Shown in pieces: positions 52,617-60,596 of a DNA stretch of 64,000 bases. Position 1 is the first letter of the stretch. Each line of letters opens with the position of its first letter. The notes beneath the pieces were generated by a model. The model made no database searches. It saw only the letters and a program-made list of their open reading frames with translations, and had not been told where the DNA came from. The stretch lies in assembly GCF_963511525.1 (NCBI RefSeq), contig NZ_CAUPIY010000006.1:23572-87571 (forward strand). The letters are read 5' to 3'. Source of the stretch: an uncultured Mobiluncus sp. (GTDB taxonomy: Bacteria > Actinomycetota > Actinomycetes > Actinomycetales > Actinomycetaceae). The position numbers were made by a program, and so were the translations under genes.

Positions 52617-52777
52617 GGTTCCTCCTGAAATTCTTGAGCCCTTGTCTGCTGGGCATTTTGCCTGACTGTTACGGAGTTCTGAAAAGGCTGGCACATCGCC
52701 CAATCGTGAAACATCGTTACCATCATTTTAAGATTTCATGAGGTGTGAAATGGTCGTAATCAAGCTAGATTGCACAA

Positions 52778-53186
52778 GGCGAGGGTGGTGTTTGTGGTGT
52801 TGCGCCTGAAACGACCAATTGTGGTCGTTTCTTAACGGCTTCACCGTTTTCGCGGCGGCTCATGCGAGCGTTGCTCGCTGCCGCCCGCGCCGGTGAACCG
52901 GGGGTTCGAATCCCTCGCGGAGGGCGAGGGTGGTGTTTGTGGTGTTTCGCCTGAAACGACCAATCATGGTCGTTTCTTAACGGCTTCACCGTTTTCGCGG
53001 TGGCTCTTGCGAGCGTTGCTCGCTGCCGCCCGCGCCGGTGAACCGGGGGTTCGAATCCCTCGCGGAGGGCGAGGGTGGTGTTTGTGGTGTTTCGCCTGAA
53101 ACGACCAATCATGGTCGTTTCTTAACGGCTTCACCGTTTTCGCGGTGGCTCTTGCGAGCGTTGCTCGCTGCCGCCCGCGCCGGTGA
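52778..53186. repeat. 145-bp structured tandem repeat (about 2.8 copies) containing tRNA-Ser 3' pieces
   Basis: Units start at 52778, 52923 and 53068. Internal hairpins GAAACGACCA/TGGTCGTTTC, AACGG/CCGTT, GCGAGC/GCTCGC. Confidence 0.95.
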
Positions 53187-53241
53187 GTTTCCCCACAACG
53201 GTTTTCAAGACCGTCACATTCGGCCGCTCTGTCAGCCCTCC
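53063..53241 (-). tRNA. tRNA-Ser(TGA), interrupted: T-loop segment replaced by a 104-nt insert
   Basis: 5' part 53241-53180 has acceptor GGAGGGC, D arm, ACGGT-CTTGAAA-ACCGT and variable arm. 3' part CCCTCGCCCTCCG is at 53075-53063. GGGTTCGAAT is missing from its place. Confidence 0.85.
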
Positions 53242-53334
53242 AGCGCGAAAAGCGTGATATCGATTCTAGCAGGTGAAAACTGAAGCGCCGACTTTTGGAA
53301 AATTTGGAGGAATTTCGCTAGAGTTAAAACCCTT

Positions 53335-53423
53335 GGAGACGTGGCTGAGCGGCCGAAAGCGGCACCCTGCTAAGGTGTTAGGGGCCTTGCCCCTCGCAGG
53401 TTCAAATCCTGTCGTCTCCGCCA
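53335..53423 (+). tRNA. tRNA-Ser(GCT)
   Basis: GGAGACG acceptor, GCACC-CTGCTAA-GGTGT, long variable arm, GGTTCAAATCC, encoded CCA. Confidence 0.97.
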
Positions 53424-53425
53424 AA

Positions 53426-53456
53426 CCCGCGTCACTTAGGGTGACGCGGGATTTTT
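53426..53456 (+). terminator. Intrinsic terminator after tRNA-Ser(GCT)
   Basis: CCCGCGTCAC-TTAGG-GTGACGCGGG-ATTTTT. Confidence 0.9.
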
Positions 53457-53571
53457 CATTTGTGCTGGCACGTCCCCATTCTCTTTATCGTGCGATATCC
53501 GCTCGACTCGGCTCTATGACTTTTTGATAAATTCTTTCAGTTTCACCGGTTATTCGAGATAGTGTTGAACT

Positions 53572-54993
53572 ATGCGTCGTTCCAAAATAGTCTGCACTCT
53601 CGGCCCAGCCACCAACACGGAGGAAAAGATTCGTTCGTTGATGCACGCCGGAATGAATGTGGTGCGCATCAACCGTTCCCATGGCACCCAAGCTGAGGCG
53701 GATGAGCAAATCGCTCTGGTGCGCAAAGTTGAGAAAGAATTTGAAAACCCCGTGGCTATCCTAGTTGACCTGCAGGGTCCCAAGATTCGTTTGGGTACGT
53801 TCACAAATGGTGTTGAAAGCCTCATTTTGGGCCAGGATTTCACCATCACCACCCGTGACGTACCGGGGGACTCCAGCCTTGTTTCAACTACGTTCAAAGG
53901 ATTGCCAGGAGACTGCCATCCCGGCGATTTGCTGCTGATTGACGACGGCAACGTTCAGGTACGGGTGACTCGCGTCGAGGGTGAGGACGTGGTGACGAAA
54001 GTTGAAGTTCCGGGAGAAGTATCGGATCATAAAGGATTGAACTTGCCGGGCGTGGCCGTATCGGTACCTGCTCTTTCTGAAAAAGATGAGGATGATTTAC
54101 GCTGGGCGCTGACTCGGGAAGTTGACTACATTGCCTTGTCTTTTGTACGCCGAGCGGCTGACTTGGATGACGTACACAAGGTGATGGATGAAGTCGGACA
54201 TTACCTTCCGGTTATCGCCAAGATAGAAAAACCCCAGGCTGTGGACAATTTGCAGGAAATTATTCAAGCTTTTGATGCCGTTATGGTGGCTCGCGGCGAT
54301 CTTGGGGTGGAGATGCCGCTGGAGGAAGTCCCCACCGTACAAAAGAGGGCGATCGAATTGTGTCGTGCAGAGGCGAAACCTGTCATCGTGGCTACCCAGG
54401 TACTGGAATCCATGATCTACAATGCCCGCCCCACCAGGGCAGAAGCCTCAGACTGTGCCAATGCGGTGTGGGATGGTGCTAGTGCGGTGATGCTTTCCGG
54501 AGAGACAGCAGTGGGCAGCTATCCGATTCAAGCCGTGGAAACTATGGCAAAAATTATCGAAGCAGCGGAAGAACTAGGCACGCGTCACTTTGCGAAACTC
54601 AAGGATGGCGACCTTGATTGGGAATCAATCATCGCACGTCATGCACTTTTAATTGCGAAGTCAACCAATTCTAAATTCGTGGCGGCCTTCACTAATTCCG
54701 GAGCTACAGCTCACCGGCTGGCTCGGTTGCGTTCCACGATACCTCTGTATGTGTTCTGTTACCACGAGCAAGTCCGGCGCCAATTGGCTTTGGAATGGGG
54801 AATTCAAACCTATCCCGTTAAAATGGCGCAGCGACTTTTTTCAATGATTCATGATGCGGAAGATATTTTGCTGGAACGCGGTATTGTTCAACCAGACGAG
54901 GTGGCTGTGTTCGTCGGAGGCCTTCCTCCAGGGCAAAGGGGAAGCACCAACACTATCCGATTGCACCGGGTCTGTTCATATGACGATATTTGA
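53572..54993 (+). CDS. pyk: Pyruvate kinase
   Basis: KIVCTLGPA, DLQGPKIR, IAKIE, MVARGDLGVE. Confidence 0.97.
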   Translation: MRRSKIVCTLGPATNTEEKIRSLMHAGMNVVRINRSHGTQAEADEQIALVRKVEKEFENPVAILVDLQGPKIRLGTFTNGVESLILGQDFTITTRDVPGDSSLVSTTFKGLPGDCHPGDLLLIDDGNVQVRVTRVEGEDVVTKVEVPGEVSDHKGLNLPGVAVSVPALSEKDEDDLRWALTREVDYIALSFVRRAADLDDVHKVMDEVGHYLPVIAKIEKPQAVDNLQEIIQAFDAVMVARGDLGVEMPLEEVPTVQKRAIELCRAEAKPVIVATQVLESMIYNARPTRAEASDCANAVWDGASAVMLSGETAVGSYPIQAVETMAKIIEAAEELGTRHFAKLKDGDLDWESIIARHALLIAKSTNSKFVAAFTNSGATAHRLARLRSTIPLYVFCYHEQVRRQLALEWGIQTYPVKMAQRLFSMIHDAEDILLERGIVQPDEVAVFVGGLPPGQRGSTNTIRLHRVCSYDDI

Positions 54994-55115
54994 TTCTATT
55001 AATTGACACGGTTGACATGATGAAGATAGTAAGACGGAACTGAAGTGCCCAGTCTATGATGACTAACGCCTCATTCCAGAATTTGTGTTGCCTCTGCCAC
55101 AGAAAATAGTAGCGG

Positions 55116-56444
55116 TTATACCCACAGCGCTTCGTGGTATTCAGCACTAAGAGGGTGATCCAGGTTACCTTGTGCAATCGCGGCGGGTGCGGAGGGGGCA
55201 TTGGGCAGACGCGGTGCCAACAATGCTCTCACTGAATGATAAATATCGGGAGCTCCTGGCCATACGGTGTCATCTGGTAGGTTGTTTGCGTTGAGCTCGC
55301 CGACCCAATAGCCATCAGCTTGGATGACATGTGCCTCCAAGAAGTCCCACCAACGGTAGTAAAGTTCGAAGTAGGGCTCTAATTCTTCTGCAGTGGCTCC
55401 CTGTTCGCGCAACGCAAAAGCCAGGGATACCAATGACTGGATAGCTTCCGTAAGGACCCAGGTAAACCGTTGACGCATCAAAGGTTTACCGTGATAGTCC
55501 ACGGTAAAGAAAATACCGCTGTGGCCGTCTTTGTACCATGAATCCGCGGCTGTCCGATCGAAAATCTCTCGTGCCACCTGCAAATAATCTTTCGGGGGTT
55601 CGAGACCATTGTTTTGTAAAGCGGCAGCTACTTGGATAATTTTCCGTGACCAGCCAAAATTGTGTCCGACATTGATTCCATAGGGTCGGCGCGGGTCAGC
55701 TGGGGTGCCGACATTGTAGTTTCGGTCCAGGTTCCAATTTCCATCGAAGTGTTCCGGAACTCGCCAATTGTTTTTTCTGGCTTGTTCCATGGCAAAAGTG
55801 ACAATTCGCGCGGCTCGTTCAATCCACTTTTTGTCTTGAGTGGCATCACCGACAGCGAGAAAAGCCGAGACGGCGTGCAGGTTTGAGCTCATGCCGTGAT
55901 AGCTTTCCATCTCTGAAAAATCGCGTTCGAAGTTTTCGTTTACACGGCCAAGTTCTTCGTCCCAAAAGTATTTCTCTTCGACTTTGATGGCTTGTTTCAG
56001 TAAGTCTTTAGCGCTACTGACAGGGGTTAATGAAGCTGCGGCAGCTGCCTCCAAAAGATAGGACATAGCCCGTGAGCTTTTCCGATTCCCCTCTGTTCCC
56101 GCAGGTATGCCACGCGTATTTGCTAATTTTTGGCGTTCTTGAATTGGTTCAATCAAAGAAAACCAGCCATCGTAGTCAGGATCTTTGAATGCATATGTGA
56201 TGGCTTGGACTCCGTGTTCGCACCGTCGCAGAGAACCGGGGATTCCCAATAGCGAAGCTACGGCATAAATGTAGGTCGAGCGAGCCGTCAAATCGAGATC
56301 CACAGGTTTTGCTGTATCGACGCTCCCATCTCTGCGAATGTATCCAAAACCGCCGTGAATGTATGCATTCTGGCCGTATTCCAGCACCGTTTGCATGTGA
56401 TTGCCGAGCCAGCGAACATGTTCTGTGGAATCGAATCTTGGCAT
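55116..56444 (-). CDS. AGE-family sugar isomerase/epimerase (YihS/mannose isomerase-like)
   Basis: TAR, SNLH, RVPEHFD, GH..GW, DIYH; GAGGAGG RBS before MPRFD. Confidence 0.85.
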   Translation of the reverse strand: MPRFDSTEHVRWLGNHMQTVLEYGQNAYIHGGFGYIRRDGSVDTAKPVDLDLTARSTYIYAVASLLGIPGSLRRCEHGVQAITYAFKDPDYDGWFSLIEPIQERQKLANTRGIPAGTEGNRKSSRAMSYLLEAAAAASLTPVSSAKDLLKQAIKVEEKYFWDEELGRVNENFERDFSEMESYHGMSSNLHAVSAFLAVGDATQDKKWIERAARIVTFAMEQARKNNWRVPEHFDGNWNLDRNYNVGTPADPRRPYGINVGHNFGWSRKIIQVAAALQNNGLEPPKDYLQVAREIFDRTAADSWYKDGHSGIFFTVDYHGKPLMRQRFTWVLTEAIQSLVSLAFALREQGATAEELEPYFELYYRWWDFLEAHVIQADGYWVGELNANNLPDDTVWPGAPDIYHSVRALLAPRLPNAPSAPAAIAQGNLDHPLSAEYHEALWV

Positions 56445-56617
56445 TGTCGCTCCCTCCTCACCAGCCATCGATACGAAAATTTTACCCGTTGATTCCTAAG
56501 TTTTTTGGACTTCGGTTGAATTTTCAACACTTATTAATTGCTTGAGAGAGTAAGTTTCGCGTTGCGTTCGGCAGATTTTTATCTGGTAACCGATTCACCC
56601 TGGGGGCTTCGAGTACT

Positions 56618-57487
56618 TCAAAGTCCCATTACTTGAGTGAGAGCTTCCAAGACTGCGCCTGCACCCTGCTTCGTGTCCGGCAGGGTAGTGGCGGCAGCGG
56701 CTGCTTTTACTTCGGGTCGGGCATTTCCCATGGCGACCCCGTAACCAGCGGTTCGCAGCAGGGGGATATCGTTACCGCCGTCTCCGATGGCAATAGTGTG
56801 ACCCAAGTCAACCCCTAAATTCGCGCAAACAGTGGCAAGTCCGTGCCCTTTTGAAGTTTCCGGAGGGTTAATGTCCAGCCAGGAACGCCACCCGATGGCG
56901 TGTTCCACACCGGTAAAATCTATGCGTTTGACCGCGCGATGAAATTCCTCATTATTCAACTGGGGTTCACGAATGACCACCCGGGAAACCGGGGTCGCCA
57001 AAAGTGTTTCGAGGTCTTGCACCTCCAGGGTTTCACGCAGTTCTCCGGGAGGGAAGGGCTTGGAAACCCGGAAACCGAGTGGATTGTCCTCCACTCCAAT
57101 GCAGGCTTCGGGAAGCACCTGGAGTACGCGAGCCACTATGGGACGCGGGTCGAAAGTGTACTGATTCGTCAGGGCGTAACCGTCAGTTTGCGTATAATGA
57201 CCGACCAGGGAGCCGTTGGCGCTGGCAATCCAGGCACTTTCCAGTTCCAGCCCTTCCACCACCGGCAGGGTTGCCGGAACGGAACGTCCTGTGGTGATGC
57301 AGATGTGCACCCCACCAATACGGAGTCGATCGGCATATTCCTTTACTTTGGGATAAATCTGCTGTTCGGGGGTGACTATGGTGCCGTCAATGTCCAGGGA
57401 GACCAACACGTCACGAGGATTTTTGGGCAAGCCCATTAGTCCCAGCGCGATAGCGTGGCGTGTGACTTGTTCGGTGTACTCGCCCAA
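56618..57487 (-). CDS. Cof-type HAD hydrolase
   Basis: DIDGT, TGR, NG, SKG, GDGGND, AMGNA. Confidence 0.92.
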   Translation of the reverse strand: MGEYTEQVTRHAIALGLMGLPKNPRDVLVSLDIDGTIVTPEQQIYPKVKEYADRLRIGGVHICITTGRSVPATLPVVEGLELESAWIASANGSLVGHYTQTDGYALTNQYTFDPRPIVARVLQVLPEACIGVEDNPLGFRVSKPFPPGELRETLEVQDLETLLATPVSRVVIREPQLNNEEFHRAVKRIDFTGVEHAIGWRSWLDINPPETSKGHGLATVCANLGVDLGHTIAIGDGGNDIPLLRTAGYGVAMGNARPEVKAAAAATTLPDTKQGAGAVLEALTQVMGL

Positions 57488-57534
57488 AAAAACCTCCGGT
57501 ATCGGGTTAATATCGTGCTAAAAAGCTATGCAAG

Positions 57535-58824
57535 TTATTTACCTGGTTGACTGACAGGTTCCAGAACTTCCAACCCGCCCAGATAGGGACGCAATCCGGC
57601 AGGGACCCGCACCGAACCATCGGCCTGCTGGTGGTTTTCTAAAATAGCCACAATCCAGCGCGTAGTTCCCAACGTTCCGTTCAAAGTGGCGCAAACCTGC
57701 GGTTTTCCTTCCGCATCGCGGTAGCGAATTCCCAGGCGTCGCGCCTGGAAAGTCGTGCAGTTGGAGGTAGACGTTACTTCCATAAACCGCTTCTGGGTGG
57801 GCAGCCAGGCTTCGCAGTCAAACTTTTGCGCCGCGCTGGAACCGAGATCCCCGGCCGCTGTATTGATGACTCGATAGGGTAGTTCCACCTTGGCGAGCAT
57901 TTCGCGTTCCATATTGAGCAGCTTTTGATGCTCCGCCAGCGCATCTTCGGGCTTGCAATAGGAAAACATCTCGACTTTGTGGAACTGGTGGACGCGAATA
58001 ATGCCGCGCGTATCCTTGCCGTAGGAACCCGCTTCGCGCCTAAAGCATGCTGACCAGCCGGTATAGCGCTTGGGACCGGCGGAAAGGTCAATGATTTCTC
58101 CCGTATGATAACCAGCCAAAGCAACTTCCGAAGTTCCAGTGAGGTACAAATCATCTGCCGGTAGGTAGTAAATCTCGTCCGAGTGCTCGCCTAGGAATCC
58201 CGTCCCGCTCATAGTCTCAGGTGACACCATGCACGGCGTAATCATCGGGGTGAACCCGTGAGCCATGGCGGTGTCAAAGGCGGCGTTGAGGATGGCGAGT
58301 TCGAGGCGCGCGCCCACGCCCTTCAGATAGTAGAACCGCGCCCCCGAAACTTTGGCGCCCCGATCAGTGTCGATAGCGTCCAAACCGATACCCAGGTCGA
58401 GATGATCCTTGGGGGTGAAGCCTTCCGCCTCAAAGTCGCGAATCGGCACGCCCTCCTGACCCAGTACCTCGTAATCGTCTTCGCCGCCGGAAGGAACCCC
58501 GTCCAAAATCAGGTTTTCCAGCACCATCGCGGCCTTCTTGGCTTCCTCGGCGGCCTCATTAGACGTAACTTCTAAAGCTTTGACTGTTTCGCTCAGCTTC
58601 TTGGCTTGCTCCAGCAGGGCGGGGCGTTCCTCTTTCGAGGCGCTGCCGATGGTCTTTGAAAAGGCCTTTTGTTCGGCGCGCGCTGTTTCAAAAGCGGTCA
58701 GCGCCGCCCGGCGGCGTTCGTCAGCGGCTAAGGCCTGGTCTACAGTTGCGGGGTCGTTACCGCGAGCCACCTGGGAGGCCCGCATCGGTTCCGGATTGTC
58801 TTTCATCGCACGCAAATCAATCAT
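57535..58824 (-). CDS. serS: Serine--tRNA ligase
   Basis: [34 protein letters not shown]. Confidence 0.97.
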   Translation of the reverse strand: MIDLRAMKDNPEPMRASQVARGNDPATVDQALAADERRRAALTAFETARAEQKAFSKTIGSASKEERPALLEQAKKLSETVKALEVTSNEAAEEAKKAAMVLENLILDGVPSGGEDDYEVLGQEGVPIRDFEAEGFTPKDHLDLGIGLDAIDTDRGAKVSGARFYYLKGVGARLELAILNAAFDTAMAHGFTPMITPCMVSPETMSGTGFLGEHSDEIYYLPADDLYLTGTSEVALAGYHTGEIIDLSAGPKRYTGWSACFRREAGSYGKDTRGIIRVHQFHKVEMFSYCKPEDALAEHQKLLNMEREMLAKVELPYRVINTAAGDLGSSAAQKFDCEAWLPTQKRFMEVTSTSNCTTFQARRLGIRYRDAEGKPQVCATLNGTLGTTRWIVAILENHQQADGSVRVPAGLRPYLGGLEVLEPVSQPGK

Positions 58825-58881
58825 GCTTAAAGCATAACCGTTTTGCGCCTCATCTTTAGATAGCGCGGCTCGCTAGCGAAC

Positions 58882-59892
58882 TCACACCGCGCGACCGGAG
58901 ACGACCTGTTCCATCCAGGCTTGTGCCGTGGCGAAATCCATATTCGCCGTCCCCCGCACAATCTGGGTGCGCATCCGATCCGCCCGCGGGTAGGAGCCTA
59001 AAAACCGCACTTCCGGGCAGGTTCGGTGCAGCCCCATCAAAGCATCTTTGACACGTTCTTCAAAAATATGGCCCTCGATATCAATGGAAAAGGCATAGCG
59101 GTCAAAGTGCCCTCCGACCGGGCGTGATTCGATGCGCGAAAGGTTTACTCCCCGTGCCGAAAACTGTTCTAGCATGGTCAGCAGGGCGCCGGATTCATTG
59201 TCCGGTAACGTAACTTGAACTGTGGTTTTGTCTGCCCCTGTGGGGGGAGGAATGGCTCCGGGAGGGGAAACTAGGACGAATCGGGTTTGGGCGCTGTCGT
59301 CATCGGCAATCCCCTCCGCGAGAGTTTTTCCGCCATAGGCCGAAGCGGATACTGCGGAGCAAAGGGCCGCGTCATAGCCGCACGAGGCGTCCTCCATCAG
59401 CAGTTTGGCGGCCGCGGCGGTGGAAGTGGTCGGGATATGAGTCACCTCGCCGATATGCTGCTCCACCCAACAACGAGTTTGCGCCCAGGCGTGCGGATGC
59501 GTGCCGATTCGTTTAATCCGACTCAACTCAAGCCCAGAATCTGCCCGCACCATCAACGCAAAGGCAATCGGTACTAAAACTTCACCCACAATCGTCAAGG
59601 GCTGACCGTGAGCTAAAGCGTCCAAAGTGGCGTTAACGCCGCCTTCAACGGAGTTCTCAATAGGCACGACAGCGCGATCGGCCTCGCCGGTACGAACCAG
59701 GTGCAGAGCAGATTCGACGCCGGCAGCGGGAATCAAGGTGGCGTCACGGGGTGTGATTTCACGGGTTGCTTGCTCGCTAAAAGTCCCAAAAGGTCCCAGG
59801 AAGGAAACTCGCAAAGGACCTCTCACCTCCGGTCCGGGAAGTGATGTTCCAGTCGAATTCGATGATGCCGGGTTGTTTGATACAGTGTTCAT
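58882..59892 (-). CDS. pheA: Prephenate dehydratase
   Basis: LGPFGTFS, PIENSVEG, TRF, NLSRIESRP, LGSYP. Confidence 0.96.
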   Translation of the reverse strand: MNTVSNNPASSNSTGTSLPGPEVRGPLRVSFLGPFGTFSEQATREITPRDATLIPAAGVESALHLVRTGEADRAVVPIENSVEGGVNATLDALAHGQPLTIVGEVLVPIAFALMVRADSGLELSRIKRIGTHPHAWAQTRCWVEQHIGEVTHIPTTSTAAAAKLLMEDASCGYDAALCSAVSASAYGGKTLAEGIADDDSAQTRFVLVSPPGAIPPPTGADKTTVQVTLPDNESGALLTMLEQFSARGVNLSRIESRPVGGHFDRYAFSIDIEGHIFEERVKDALMGLHRTCPEVRFLGSYPRADRMRTQIVRGTANMDFATAQAWMEQVVSGRAV

Positions 59893-59961
59893 AGATGGTA
59901 CTCCTCAAAATAATTATCGCGAAGCAGCGCAATTTCCACAAAAATCGGTATGATTTTAACC

Positions 59962-60567
59962 ATGCAGACAAAAGTCAAGCCCGCTGTTATGCCTCCACGC
60001 CCGACGTCGGGGCGGACGGGCAACGGTACGCGTAAACCGATTAAGCGTTCTTATAAGCCGCTTCCGACGACGCGTTACCTGGTTGCTGGTTTGACCGCGA
60101 TTATTGTCAGCATGGGACTCATCGCCGGGGCGATGAGCTCAACCAATACTTTTGACACCAGGCCCTGGGATCCTTCCCAAGAAATGCACTGGGATCCGTT
60201 CGAGCATCATATGATTGCTGGTTTGGATGTGGGCTCTCTCAGTGAGGCGGGACGTCGTACTTCTGAGGCAATCAAACCTAAGACGGGTGCAACTCCCGCA
60301 GAAACTAATACGCAGACAAAGACTGAGAAAACTCCCGAGGCGACGGTCGATGAGTCTCCGGCCTCAGGCCAAGCCAATCCAGAGCCTTCCTCAGCCAATG
60401 AGACAAAGTCGTCTTCTACTGTCGTACAGACTTTTGAAGTTCCTGGCGCGCCCCAAGAGCCGACCGCTTCAGAAGCTCCCGCTGGGGCGCCTCCCGTGGC
60501 TATGGGTTCCATCTCTAAGGGTTCTCCAGTTGACCCGGTTCACGAGGTCGCGGTCCCAAAAGCATAG
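59962..60567 (+). CDS. Membrane-anchored Ser/Thr/Pro-rich ORF, probably the N-terminal part of the next gene
   Basis: TATGAT 7 nt before ATG 59962. One TM/signal segment, then a low-complexity linker ending at CCCAAAA. Confidence 0.7.
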   Translation: MQTKVKPAVMPPRPTSGRTGNGTRKPIKRSYKPLPTTRYLVAGLTAIIVSMGLIAGAMSSTNTFDTRPWDPSQEMHWDPFEHHMIAGLDVGSLSEAGRRTSEAIKPKTGATPAETNTQTKTEKTPEATVDESPASGQANPEPSSANETKSSSTVVQTFEVPGAPQEPTASEAPAGAPPVAMGSISKGSPVDPVHEVAVPKA

Positions 60568-60596
60568 CCACCGGAGCGTCTTCATCGGTCTCCAGT

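Noticed and set aside
52778..53186. CRISPR array
   Set aside because: Whole 145-bp units repeat, with no unique spacers and no cas genes.
52893..53283. Repeated small ORFs MNRGFESLAEGEGG...
   Set aside because: By-products of the tRNA-derived repeat; no RBS, and the 145-bp unit is not a multiple of 3.
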